Below, piece after piece: positions 27,888-40,729 of a DNA stretch of 64,000 nucleotides. A program made the translations under genes and the position numbers. The notes under the pieces are model-generated. The model did no database searches. It had not been told where the DNA came from and saw only the letters and a program-made list of their open reading frames with translations. Every line of letters begins with the position of its first letter. Position 1 is the first letter of the stretch. Source of the DNA: Octopus vulgaris (taxonomy: Eukaryota); contig OX597824.1 of NCBI GenBank assembly GCA_951406725.2, positions 95,976,001 through 96,040,000 of the forward strand. The letters are read 5' to 3'.

Positions 27888-28183
27888 ATGTACTGCAACA
27901 GCTTGGGATTCAAAGGTCCACGGCTGTTTTAATTCATTGCCAAGACATCGAAAAGACCTTCATGGAGGAGGGCTAGATATTTTCAAGAAACAACTTGACG
28001 ACATTCTGCTGTCCGGGGTCCCAGGTGAACCTACGTCCCGGCAAGAAACTCAAAAGAGGGCATCAATATCGAACTCTATCCTTGATCAAAAGCCAGTCAC
28101 AATAGAATGGCCACTGAAAAGGTGACAACACTGGCAGTGCCCCAGCATGGCCACGGTCTTTAGGTTGAAACAAATAAAAGAAT
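27888..28183 (+). mobile_element. CR1-like LINE 3' end
   Basis: Across frames YCNSLGFKGPRLFNSLP...DIFKKQLDDIL..VPGEP, resembling a CR1-group RT C-terminus. The tail reads ggcagtgccccagcatggcc...tgaaacaaataaaag. Confidence 0.7.
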
Positions 28184-28402
28184 GTAAACTATATATCTCT
28201 TTTTACTTGTTTCAGTCATTTGACTGCGGCCATGCTGGAGCACCGCCTTTAGTGGAGCAAATCGACCCTGGGACTTATTCTTTGTAAGCCTAGTACTTAT
28301 TCTATCGGTCTCTTGCTGAACCACTAAGTTACAGGGACATAAACACACCAGCATCGGTTGTCAAGCGTTGTTGGGGGGACAAACACAGGCACACAAACAT
28401 AT

Positions 28403-28438
<36 letters not shown>

Positions 28439-28574
28439 AATGGGCTTCTTTCAGTTTTCTGTCTACCAAATCCACTCACAAGGCTTTGGTTGGCAAGAGG
28501 CTATAGTAGAAGACACTTGCCCAAGGTACATGTATATATACATACACGTACAAACTTCCCACATGCATATCTAT

Positions 28575-28870
28575 CTATATATATATAAAGATGAGAATGT
28601 CTGTCTGTCTGTGTGAATCCCTAAAACTTGAGAACTACACAACCAATTTCATTCAAATTTTGCAAATGCCTTACTTGGAGTCCATGTAGTGTCATAGGAC
28701 AAAACAATTTTTAACTTTTTGCCTAGTGCAAGCCCACAGCAATATCATATCTTCTCCACTATTTCAGTATTACATGTCATAAGTGAAACAACATCTCTCT
28801 ATTGTAATGTCAGATGCTTTCACTTTAATATTTTCACTTTAATACTGAAACTATTAAAGTGAAACTATTA
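28575..28870 (+). mobile_element. Non-autonomous Helitron-like 5' fragment
   Basis: TCtatatatatataaag...tgtctgtctgtctgtg...aactacacaaccaatttcattcaaatttt is a typical Helitron-N 5' organisation. Confidence 0.55.
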
Positions 28871-28964
28871 TCTCACATATATACAGGCATACATACATAT
28901 ACACATACATACATATATAATAAATATATATATATATATATATATTATGTCTATATATATATCA

Positions 28965-29279
28965 GAATTTTTTGCGTAATAAGATAAAAAACCAAGGCTG
29001 TGTAGGTATTAGAGCATTTATAGATAGAAGGTCTTACAGCTGTTTCTAGGATATTAATTAATAATAACATCCCCTTCATTGGAGATGGTGTGAGAGGAAA
29101 AGTTAAGTCATAGTTTGTTTAGATGTGATACTAACTATGACTTAATTTTTCCTCTCACACCGCTCTCCGATGAAGGGATATTAAATTAATATCCTTGAAA
29201 CAGCTGTAAGACCTTCTATCTATAAATGCTCTAATATCTATACAACCTTGGTTTTTTTATCTCATTACGCAAAAATTTC
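28965..29279. repeat. Foldback element (~150-bp arms) in (TA)n, hammerhead-bearing
   Basis: gaattttttgcgtaat...aagtcatagtt / aactatgacttaa...attacgcaaaaatttc. Confidence 0.88.
29164..29211 (+). ncRNA. Minimal hammerhead motif, CCGAUGA core variant, palindromic stem III
   Basis: tct CCGATGA agggatatta-aat-taatatcctt GAAA cagctg TA aga. The ACAGCTGT palindrome is as in Penelope-type dimeric hammerheads. Confidence 0.65.
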
Positions 29280-29420
29280 ATATATATATACACGCTGACA
29301 TAGAACCAATGTTGAACCCTTTATTCGCAATATTACCGAATCTGGAACTTAACTATGGTCTGTCTATAGCACATATTCAGCATCACCTGACACCTTTGGG
29401 TCTCAATAACACCATTATCT

Positions 29421-29469
<49 letters not shown>

Positions 29470-29483
29470 ATACATCTGCACAA

Positions 29484-29543
<60 letters not shown>

Positions 29544-29597
29544 ATACATCTGCACAAATGTATATATATGGATGTATATATATATATATATATATAG

Positions 29598-29845
29598 ATG
29601 CCGGTGGCATGTAAAAAGCACCAACCAATCGTGGGCGTTTCCAGCCTCCCCTGGCACCTGTGCCGGTGGCACGTAAAAAGTACCCACTACACTCACGGAG
29701 TGTTTGGTGTTAGGAAGAGCATCCAGCTGTAGAAACTCTGCCAGATCAAGATTGGAGCCTGGTGCAGCCAATTGGTTCGCCAGACTTCAGTCAAATCATC
29801 CAACCCATGCTAGCAAGGAAAGCAGACGTTAAACAATGATGATGT
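29598..29845 (+). mobile_element. Repeat family D ending in (GAT)n (RTE-type tail); other copies e.g. 42110-42310, 43640-43907, 55842-56095, 57120-57620
   Basis: Recurrent ttggc.ttaggaagggcatccagctgtagaaac...ccagcatggaaa.cagacgttaaa.gatgatgat. Confidence 0.7.
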
Positions 29846-30247
29846 GGCAGCGATGGACACCTCTTGCAACAGGTATTCAAAAAGAGCTTCATTCCATCAC
29901 GGAATCTTTCATTGCTTGCCTTTTCCAGCTACAGCCAGCCATATTATTCAGTACATAATAGAGATGTTAAAAGAGGTTTAAAAAAAAATCAAAGGATCTT
30001 TGTGCCAATCACTCTGTGAGTGTAGTGGGTGCGCAAAGGAGTATAGGTCCTTAGCAGGACTGAAAAGCAACATCTATGTTGCTCATGTTTAAGGGAACGA
30101 TCAAGCAATACCGTTCCTTAAAATCAGGGAGCAGTCATCATGTCTGTATATAAGTACACACATGTATGTTTGTATATGTGTATGCGTTTATGTTGTGTGT
30201 ATGTATGTATTTTATCTTGCCAATAAAGTAATGTTATTAATACTATG

Positions 30248-30500
30248 GTGAAGGCGCGTGGCTTAGTGGTTATGGTGTTAGCACCATGATCGTAAGATTG
30301 TAGTTTCAATTCCTGGACTGGGTGCAGCGTTGTGTTCTTGAGCAAAACACTTCATTTCACGTTGCTCCAGTCTACTCAGCTGGAAAAAATGTGTAACGCT
30401 GTGGTGGACTGGCGTCCCATCCAGCTGGGGGGAACACATACGCCATAGAAACCGGGAAACCGGGCCCATGAGTATGGCTAGGCTTTAAAGGGTCGCATTT
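30248..30500 (+). mobile_element. tRNA-derived SINE family C (related copies 8780-9075, 17610-17760, 26270-26626, 32235-32772, 44935-45245, 48138-48400, 63382-63717)
   Basis: Head gaaggcgcgtggcttagtggtt...ttcaattcc, then ttgtgttcttgagcaaaacact. 3' modules are swapped between copies. Confidence 0.8.
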
Positions 30501-30849
30501 ATTTATTTATTAATGCTATGAACAGAATACTTCCACCACCACCATCATCACTGCCACCACCAACCACCATCAATCAATGCCACTAAAACAACAAAATCAC
30601 CGATCAATACCATCATACCATGAATACATTACACTGTCAACCCAATAAATTCTATCAAACATTAATGTCATTAACAACAAAACGTTTCAAATTTTCATAA
30701 TTTATTATTATCATTATTGTTGTTGTTGTTGCAGTAGTAGACTGTTCAAAAACAACAAAAACAAAACAAACGTTTACATTTTGTATGAAATATATATTTC
30801 AGAAGTATTTGTTTTTTTTTTTGTGGGGGAGGGGGTGTTTCGAGGGAAG

Positions 30850-31303
30850 GTTATTTTTATTTATTTATTTTATTTTGTTCAATTAATTTTTATCAGACAA
30901 GAGGATGTATCTCTCTGAAGTATGGTAATCCCAGTGCCAAGTTTTAGATTTAAGGAATGAAGCACCAGTGATTCCAATGAGAATATGTCATGAAGAGTCC
31001 AAAGACGACAATCTCTGGGCCTTCATAATAATAATAATAATAATCATCTTTTCCGTCATTGGAGACAATTAATCTCATCAACATTGTTTGTATTTTAGCA
31101 TCATCACTGGCATTCTTGCAGAAGAAGACAATGCACTGTCCATTCATTTTAGGAGGGGTGTAGGGATAGATCTACTGTAGAATCAGTAGGTGGTAATTGG
31201 CAAACATCTCAACCATGATTCTGGTCCAAGCGAATCATGAATTCCATCCATATTGTAGTCACATCAACATTTGAGCCGGTCACGTTGAGGTCAAAAGGTC
31301 GTT
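30850..31303 (-). other. VPS39: Probable VPS39 3' UTR (end uncertain)
   Basis: Unique sequence after the stop codon. Several TTTATT on + (AATAAA on -) lie near 30855-30875; others lie further down at ~30700 and ~30500. Confidence 0.5.
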
Positions 31304-31388
31304 TCATCGGTGATCTGTTGGGCAAACTTTTACATCGTTACAACAGTGATAGTGGACGATCACACCGTTTGGATACCGAGCAAATGCA
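31304..31388 (-). CDS. VPS39: Vam6/Vps39-like protein, last coding exon (S-AFARYPNGVIVHYHCCNDVKVCPTDHR*)
   Basis: Strong acceptor ttttcttcctcttctttttccgtag|T GCA TTT GCT CGG TAT CCA AAC GGT..., TGA at 31306-31304. SAFARYPNGV.VHY.C is the conserved VPS39 C-terminus. Phase matches the upstream exon; the intron between them is 31389-40637. Confidence 0.93.
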
Positions 31389-31476
31389 CTACGGAAAAAG
31401 AAGAGGAAGAAAATTAATGTTATTTTAAGCAAAAATTACTAAAAGAAACAACACATTTTAAATTGGGTGGTAGGCT

Positions 31477-31600
31477 TACCGTATTTGCCAGTGCATAAGA
31501 TGCACTCTTGCATAAGATGCACTCTTGCATAAGATGCACTCTTGCATAAGATGCACTCTTGCATAAGATGCACCCCTATTTTACAAGAATGTTTGTGGTA
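31477..31600 (+). mobile_element. Tc1/mariner-like terminus with an expanded 17-bp subterminal repeat
   Basis: TAccgtattt... followed by (tgcataagatgcactct) x about 4.8 at 31492-31573. Confidence 0.55.
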
Positions 31601-32835
31601 AAAACGGATTTATTATATGTTAACACATGTTTATTGAAAGACATTTTGTTCCTTTAGCAATCGAATTAATGTGCTTATTTATTCACATTATTTTTTAATT
31701 AACCAAGGCAATAGGCTGGCATAATCGTTAGCATGCCGGGCAGAATGCTTAGCGGTATTTCATCTGACGCTATGCTCTAAGTTCAAATACCACCGAGGTC
31801 GACTTCATCCTTTCGCTCTTCATCCTTTCGCGGTCGATTACATAAGTACCAGTTACGCACTGGGCTCGATGTCATTGACTTAATCCCTTCCCCCAAATTT
31901 GAGGCCTTGTGCTTCCAGTAGAAAGAATTATTTGGAATTAACAATTTATTATCTCAAAGCTTTGAGATTTCAATAATGTGACTATTTTTAGAATGACATT
32001 GTAGTACAGGTGCGAGAAGCTGGATCTGACCTGTTTGAACATAAAACAGGTAGAATATTTGAGTCAGATATTGTTGGTTTAAATGCTAAAGGATTAAAGT
32101 GGATTTTGTAGAGGCAAAATGTATGAATCCGTGCATGTAGACACAATGCTGTGACAGTATACTGGCATCTCAGGCATGAATCCATAAAGTCATCAGAAAT
32201 AAACTGCTATATGAGTGTCATTATTTCAATTTTATTTATGCGCCCTTTTCACGCCTAGCCAGGCTCATGGGCCCAGTTTCCTGGTTTCTGTGGTGTATGT
32301 ATTTCCCCCAGCTGGACGGGACGCTAGTCCATCACAGTGTTACTCAAGAAACAGGAAGAGAGAGTGAGAGAAAGTTGGGGCAAAAGAGTACAACAGGGGT
32401 CGCCAACACCCCCTGCTGGAGCCTTGTAGAGCTTTAGGTGTTTTCACTCAATAAACACAGACAATGCCTGGTCTGGGAATTGAAACTGCGATCCTCTGAC
32501 CACGAATCCGCTGCCCTAATCACTGAGCCATTGCACCTCCACAAGCCAGGCTCATGGGCCTGGTTTCCCGGTTTCAATGGCGTATGTGTTCCCCAGTGGA
32601 TGGGATGCCAGTCCATCGCAGCATTACTCATTTTTGCCAGCTGAGTGGACTGGAGCAATGTGAAATGAAGTGTTTTGCTCAAGAACACAATGAGTCGCTC
32701 GGTCCAGGAATCGAAACCACAATCTTACGATCATGGTGCTGACCACCCTAGCCACTAAGCCACGTGCCTCCACTATATGAGTGTCATTATTTCAATTTTA
32801 CTTTCTTTCAATCAAAAATCCGTGCTGCATGGATT

Positions 32836-32885
32836 TTTGTCAGTGAACAGGTCGCGGATTTTAGCAACGAAAATATTTTGACAAA
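32836..32885 (+). ncRNA. Second copy of the G3:C8 hammerhead-like motif
   Basis: tttgtca GTGAACA g gtcgc-ggatttta-gcaac GAAA atat TT tgacaaa; one stem II mismatch. Confidence 0.55.
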
Positions 32886-33083
32886 TTAAACTTAAATGTT
32901 GAAGTGAATCGAACAGCTTTTGTGTGTTTCTTAAATGGCTTACAAACACCTTCCACGCTGCAATTGTATATATATATATATAAAGTTAATCCAAACAAGA
33001 AAACACAAAAAAAACACAACAACGCAAGGACATGGAACAAATATAGTATTATTGGACGCTCAGGAAAGAAGGAAAGAAGGAGG

Positions 33084-33118
33084 GTTTAACGTTTCAAGCG
33101 GAGCTCTTCGTTGGAAAC
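33084..33118 (-). ncRNA. Decayed minimal hammerhead motif
   Basis: Minus strand gttt CCAACGA a gagc-tcc-gctt GAAA cg TT aaac. Topology is intact, but G5 is A, consistent with CpG decay. Confidence 0.45.
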
Positions 33119-35374
33119 ATAGGAGAAGGAAAGATCCAGAGAAGGGAAGACAGAGGAAAAAAAATCGCCAACGGTACACACAAGGTCACAGAGGGAATAT
33201 TATTCCTAACTTACAAGGAAAAATTCAATTTAGAAATACTAAATCAAATTTCACAAAATATAATATATATATATATAAAAATTAGAAAAAACCACCTTTT
33301 ATCAATTCAAAATGAACAATTAAATTACACCATCTAGAAAATTACATATAATAGAAATATTAAAATAAAATAACAATAATATACCGATGATTAAGTAAAT
33401 TGCAAAATATTAAAACGTATATATTTGGAGATATATATATATATCTTATTTCTTTATTGCTCACAGGGGCTAAACATAGAGTGGACAAACAAGGACAAAG
33501 GGATTAAGTCATTACATCGACCCCAGTGCGTAATTGGTACTTAATTTATTGACCCCGAAAGGATGAAAGGCAAAGTCAACCTTGGCGGAATTTGAACTCA
33601 GAATGTAACAGCAGACGAAATATGGCTAAGCATTTCGCCCGCCGTGCTAACGTTTCTGCAGCAAGTAAGAAGATATGAACGTGTGTGTGTGTGTGTGCAT
33701 GCACGTCCCCACACCAACACTTGACAACCAATGTTGGCTTGATTATGTCCTCGTAACTGAGTGGTTCAGCAAAAGAGACTGATAGAATAAGGACCAGACT
33801 TAAAAAGAAGCAATAAATATTGGGCTCAATTTGTTTGGCTGAGTCCTTCAAGGCAGAGCCCCACCCAGCCATGGCCACAATCCAATGACTGAAGCAAGCA
33901 AAAGACAAAAGATAATTCCTTGAAGGCAGTGCCCCAGCATGGCCACAGTCCAATGAGTGAGGCAAGTAAAAGATAAAAGCTATTCGTTTTAAAAATGCAA
34001 TGAATTTTGTGAATAGGTGAATGGAGGAGGACTGAAGTGTTGTTGGCCAAAATATTCTAAAGAACTTCGTACCTCGTATCTGGGTTTACGGGTCAATGCA
34101 GTAAACGGCATTCACTTCTTTAATTTCAAAAGTCTTATTTAAACATGTTAAGTTGACATTAGACTGGTTACACACACACACACACACACACACGTACATG
34201 CCGACATGCGTACATACACATATATACGTACGTACATGCATACATATATACATTCACACACACACACTCACACACACACATGCAGACATACAAACAGCTA
34301 GACATACATACACATACGTACAAACATATACATACACACATACATACATGCAAACATACATAAAGATAGAGAAAAAACATACATACATACATAGACTCAC
34401 ACACACATACATAGACATACATGCAGACATATATAGACATACACATACATAGACAAACAAATATATACATAGACAAACACACATACATACTGGCATACAT
34501 ACATACATACACTTATATATATACATAAAGATATACAAACACACACACACAGATAGCCATGCATACACACCCATATATACACCCATATATACAGACATAC
34601 AGACAGGCATACCAAGACTACAGCCAATTGGCAACAGTTCACTAATGACTAATCTAAAAGAACTATAAACATGCCAAAAAGTCAACGGGGGGGGGTATGG
34701 GTAGGGGGGGTAGATGCTTGGAAAAGAGATCAGGTAGAAGTAATTAGGACAGCTCCCAGCACGGGTGGGGGGGAGGGTGTTTCTCAGAAGAGGATTTAAC
34801 AACTCTGCCACCCCTGTGTTTTACTACCACCCGTTTCACAAGTTTATTCTCCGCCTCCACCGCAGCCGAACCCCCCCCCCCCCCCGGGGAAAGAAAGAAA
34901 AAAGCGAAAGGAAAACTCTGTCAATTAATAAATGTTGTGAAGCTCGGAATTATTTTATGGAATAATTAACAAAAAAAAAAAAAAGTAATCAGCACATATC
35001 AAACTGAAAATTATCTGGAGTGCAGGCTTGGCTGTGTGGTTAAGAAACTTGCATGCAACTACATGGTTCCCGGGTTCAGTCCCATTGCACAGCACCTTGG
35101 GCAAGTGTCTTCACTTACATAAGCCTGGGGCCAACCAATGCCTTGTGAGTGAATTTGGTAGCTGGACACAATGTGTGGAAGCCTGCTGCATATGCATGTA
35201 TGTGTGTGTGTGTGTGTGTGTGTGCATGACTCTCCACCACCACCACCACCATCCATTGCTTGACATCTAGTGTTGGTTCGTTTACATCCTTGAGTAATGT
35301 GGCGTTAGACAGAATATGATCAGGTGGTGGTCTAAGGACTGGGTGGTGGTGATAAACTGGATGATGATGATGCT

Positions 35375-35662
35375 AGACCAGGTGGGCACATTAAACCAAG
35401 TGTGTGTGTGAGTTAGACCAGATGGGGGTATTAGACAAGGGGGTGGGTATTAGACCAGGTGGTGATGTTAGACCAGGAAGGGGTGTTAGACCAGGTAGGG
35501 GTGTTAGACCAGGAAGGGGCGTTAGATTAGGGGAGGAGCATTAGACTAGGTGGTGATGTTAGACCAGATAGGGGTGTTAGATCGGAGGAGGGCATTAGAC
35601 TTGGTGGTGATGTTAGACCTGGTGGTGATGTTAGACTGGGTAGTGGCATTATGTGTTAGACT
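35375..35662 (+). repeat. G-rich minisatellite, 18-21 bp unit (ttagaccaggtggtgatg / ttagaccaggaaggggtg)
   Basis: About 13 units with a ttagacc core. Confidence 0.85.
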
Positions 35663-38600
35663 AAAAGATGAATGAAGCCTACCACCACCCATGAGAAGCC
35701 TCTGAGAGGATTTTCCAGTTTTTGGTGACAAAATTTCAGTCACAAGGCTTTCACCAGTCACAGATCATAATAAAAGACACTGACTCCCTAAGGTAACATG
35801 AAACAGGATTGAACTCAAAACCCATGAGGTTGAGAAGTAAACCTCTTAACCATAAAGTCATGCTAATAATGCCTTGTTGCAGTGATAGACAGTGAAGAAA
35901 ATGTGGAACCTATTTTCTACCCATTTGTACCAACTACTAACGGCGGTCAGCTCTTTTTTTTACCAAGGGGATCTTTATATGGTTGCTTGACATGCTAGAA
36001 ATAGTAGCTAAATTTCTATTGAAAAAAAGCAACCTAAGATTTAAAAAAAAAGATATTTAAGCTAATGTAGTTAGTCCTGGATACATTGTCCAAAGACGAG
36101 TTAGGATGTCCTGCTTGGAATGCTTTGATCATAGAACCATCCGCTTGATCGGAGCTGACCTGGGGCTAACAATGACAGCTTGATTACAGAGAAAAATCCA
36201 TAACATCCATGAGAGTCCGGAGAAGCAAATCAATAAGGAACCGGTTAACCAAGAGAGAAGCTGGTGATTCACATCCTGCTAATAGCACTTAACTTCATCT
36301 CTTGCAGGATAACCACTGACAGCTGCACTCTGAAATTAACAGGTGATTCATTAACTTGTTGCACTGAGTTTAAATCCAGTCATAAGATGCGTGATGAGCG
36401 ACAGACATTGGTATCCTAACCAGGAAGAGATTTTCTTTCCATTTGGCTCTCCCAATCTGCAATCAAAACACAACCTGCTGTTGCTGTTGCTGTTGTTGTT
36501 GTTTAGTACAGAATCAACCTTAATTGCAGAGACCCACGATGAAAGGTCTTTCATCTTTTATTCACTGTGTTTCCCTCTATCCGTCTCCCATGAACCTACT
36601 TGCCCACCCATACCTATTTCTTTACTACCCACAAGGGGCTAAACACAGAGAAGACAAACAAGGACAAACGGTTTAAGTCGATTACATCGACCCCAGTGCA
36701 TAACTGGTACTTAATTTATCGACCCTGAAAGGATGAAAGGCAAAGTCGGCCTTGGCGGAATTTGAACTCAGAACACAACGGCAGACGAAATACCGCTAAG
36801 CATTTTGCCCGGTGTGCTAACGTTTCTGCCAGCTCACCCACCCATACCACTTCTCCTTCACTCACTATACTGTAACTTTAGGGTATTCCCTGACACATTT
36901 TCATCATTATCTTCTCTCTATCTCCATCTATCTCCTTTACACCTGTTCCTGTCCCTCAATCATATTTTCACCTGTTATCAGCTGGCATAAAGTACCTCCC
37001 TCAATACCATTCCCCACTGAGCCTCAGTTCATGGATCTGATCTCGCAAGTTACTTGGTGACTTCACTGGTACCAATGCCACTTAAAAAGCACTTAGTACA
37101 CTATGTAAAATGGTTGGCGTCACGAAGGGCATCCAGCTGTAGAAACCACATTGGAACAGACGACTGGACCTTGAAACAGCTTTCTAGTTCATCGAATCCT
37201 GATGAACTTATCCAATTAACAATCAAACATACTTCACTCTGAAGAGCTTGGATTTGGTGTTTCTTCCAGGCATTTGACTGGTTGCTAATGACTGTAACTC
37301 CTCCCCCATGATCAGCAAGGAGGGAACCCCCCTCCCTCTATATTGCCTTTCGAAGTCCCTAACATCAAGCATCACATGACTGGTATTTCATCAACTGTTC
37401 AGAGGAGCAGGTGTGGCTGTGGCAAGACGCTTGCTTCCCAACCACATGGTCTTCCGTGCAGTGCTACTGGGTGGCGCCTTCGGCTTCTACTACAGCCCCT
37501 CCCCCAGTTCTGACCAAAGCCTTACTCTTTTACTGGTTTCAGTCATTTGACTGCGGCCATGCTGGAGCACCACCTTTAGTCAAGCAAATCAATCCCCCAG
37601 GACTTATTCTTTGTAAGCCTAGTACTTATTCTATCAGTCTCTTTTGCCAAACCGCTAAGTGAACAGATTTGGTAGATGGAAACTGAATAAAGCCTCTCAT
37701 GTATATGTGAGTGTGTGTGTGTGTGCACGTGCGCACACACATTTCAATCTTCTTGCTTTAACTTCATGCAAGATGTAAATGAGCGTCACTGTCATACAAG
37801 CAGGGTCCATCATTTTTGGTCATGGGGAAAATATTACTTTACTTGAATATAGGTGAGGGTTGATGACAGGAAGAACATCTGGCTGTAGAAAATCTACCTC
37901 AGCAAATTTCATCCAACCCCATAAGCATGCAAAATTGAACACTAAAACTGATGTCTACACATCCGACTCCAGTCATTTTGTTTAATCTTTTCTCATTCTT
38001 GGCCTAATTTCTAAACCCTGTTCATTATTTATCTCCAGATTGATGAGCACTCCATGGATCATATTATAAGTAAATGAACAAGTGGGGGGGGGAAGGGGTA
38101 CTTGGGTTCAGTGCCACTGTGTGACGCCTTGGGCAAGTGTCTTCTACTATGGCCTGTTATTTTTCATGCAGTAAAATATAAGAAGTTTGCAGGTTATTTG
38201 TAGGTGAGTCTATGTAGGCCATGTTTCACATAGCAACAAAACTATTCAGGTGTCGAACACAGAAGGTCAGATTTTAAACGAAATTAATCAAAAGAAATTA
38301 GTCATTTTTTTTCCAACCTTCATCACTAATTTATCAGTAGAATACTTTTTTTTTTTATAGCAGAAAGGGAACAGACAAAACTTCAGATATCAAATACTGT
38401 GTACTACTATATACATAGACAGACTAATAAATACTAACACAACTGTTCTAGCTTTTGCTTCAAGCTTTGCCTCAGAAACTAGAGTTTGCACTAATGGATC
38501 ACTAAAAATAACAGACACGTTTTGTAACTTAACGAGTGAGAAAAGTGATGGTGGTGGTGGTGGTGGAGGTGGTTATGGTGGGTATATTAACTAAAGACAG

Positions 38601-40637
38601 GAATAGACAGAAGTTTAAAAAAATCTTAGAAATGATGAGAATAGGGCAAAACAAAATTGGCAAATTACAAGTAAAACAGAGACGAGGAAAAGAGAAAAAT
38701 TTATAAACATTTGTTGGCCACCAACCAGAAAATCTTAAGATAAAAACTTAGTTAATAATATGTTCTGTAACAGTTAGAATCAGAGTGTTTCTTGTGTTGC
38801 AGTTAGGTGGCATAATTGCCAAAATATTTAACTCTTCATTCTCATTGATAACATCTAGTTCTACCTAATGAAAAACAGTTTTTTTTTTTTATGACAATAT
38901 TGACTCTTCAATGTTATTGGATTGGTTGTTTTTATAAGACAGAATGATTCCAAGAGGAACCCATGCTGGTTTAACTGTGCACCGATGCCAAGTCCTGCTG
39001 AGACAGGAAGCCAATAGGACATTGATGAATTGCTACCATTATTTTGCTTATTGTTTTGAACATCATCATCATCACCATTTCAGGTCCAATTTTCCACGTT
39101 TGCATGAGCCTGACCAAATTCATTGAGGCAGATTTTCTATGGCCAGTTACCCTTCCTACTGGCAACCCTCACCTGCTTCCAAACAACGTAATATTTCCCC
39201 CACAGTGGCAAACTGTCAGAATCATTAGTACGCTTTGCAGCATTCTGTCTGTCTTTATGTTCTGGTTTCAAATCCATCCATTGTCAACTTTGACTTTCAT
39301 CCTTTCAGGCTCGATAAAATAAATACCTATTTCTTTACTACTCACAAGGGGCTAAACATTTAGGGGACAAACAAGGACAGACAAATGGATTAAGTCGATT
39401 ATATCGACCCCAGTGCGTAACTGGTACTTATTTAATTGACCCCGAAAGGATGAAAGGCAAAGTCGACCTCGGCGGAATTTGAACTCAGAACGTAGCGGCA
39501 GGTGAAATACTGCTAAGCATTTCGCCCGGCGTGCTAACGTTTCGGCCAGCTTGATAAAATGAATACCAGTTGAACACTAGGGCTGATGTAATCAACTTAC
39601 CCGCTCCCCCAAAATTTCAGGCCTTGAGCCTATAGTGGAAAGGAATATTTGCCCCTTGGTCAGACATGTTTTTCATAGAAGACTGAAGACAGACAATATC
39701 ACTTGTATGATAGTGATGCTCATTTATAACCATCAAGTGATATCAGGACAAGGCTACACACACACACATATATATATATATACACACATAAAGAAATATA
39801 TATAAGAGGTTTCATTCAGTTTCCATCACCCAAATCCACTTTCTCAAAGTGCCACACAGTAGGACTGAACCTGAAGTCAACATGGTTAGCAAGCAAGCTT
39901 TTTAACCACATAGCCACACCTGTGCCTATACAGTTAATCCACCCTTTAACATTCTGATTAATCTGTCAAATTTAAAGCTTATTTATCCACATTGTTTTGA
40001 ATTAATCGTGCATTGCTTCAAGATTTCGACGATGTGATTGTGTATTTTTAGAAAGACATTGTAGGACAGGGGTGAAAGGCTGGATCTGGCTGATCTGGAC
40101 ATAAAACAGGTAGATTATTTTGGTTGGATTTGGCCAGTTTAAATGCTAAAGTAAGGGTCTCAACATGGGCAGTACCACTCTCAAGGATGTGATGGGCATG
40201 TTGAAGGCTTTAGTGGGTGATAAGGCAACCTACTAAATTTGACCTATAGTAGTAATTATATTATACACGATAAAACTAGTGATGGCTATTAAAATAAAAT
40301 GAGATCTCGTTAGGCAGAGGGAAGTCATTAACTTGCAACGAATATAGTAAATTTACAACTTTTGTCTTAATTAATTTTTTATCATTTCATGGTTAAAAGC
40401 TTATACAATCCATTTTTAGAGTAAAATTAATAAATTATTATCCGTGTTTAGTTGTGATATTTCATTTGCCAATTAGGCAGACACCAGGTATAACAACTAC
40501 ATAAAAATGAGGTGGGGGCTGCAAAAAAAAAAGGGGTTAAGTACCACTATGTTAAAGGGTCAAACATTTGAGTAGAAAATAAAAAGCCCTTAACGGTTCA
40601 TAGCTTAATGAAACAAAAGGTTTTGTAATTAACATAC

Positions 40638-40729
40638 CTGTTTCCTATTCTTTTCTTGCAAACTCGACAATTTTTCTCTTCTGTGATGACACATTTTATT
40701 TTAGAAAATTTCATGTGCTCTTTGATCAC
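40638..40729 (-). CDS. VPS39: Vam6/Vps39-like protein, penultimate coding exon (VIKEHMKFSKIKCVITEEKNCRVCKKRIGN-S)
   Basis: Minus strand ttttatgacttcag|GTGATC...GGAAACAG|gtatgt; 92 nt, phase 0 to phase 2. The peptide matches the C-terminal zinc-finger region of VPS39 as I recall it (human ...VKCIITEEKVCMVCKKKIGNS...). It splices in frame to the exon at 31388. Confidence 0.93.

Noticed and set aside
29309-29420. LTPLGLN as the end of a Penelope GIY-YIG domain
   Set aside because: Only the P.GLN motif matches; too short to support, although it lies next to a hammerhead foldback.
31492-31573. 17-bp repeats as a CRISPR-like array
   Set aside because: Contiguous tandem units without spacers, in a eukaryotic transposon end.
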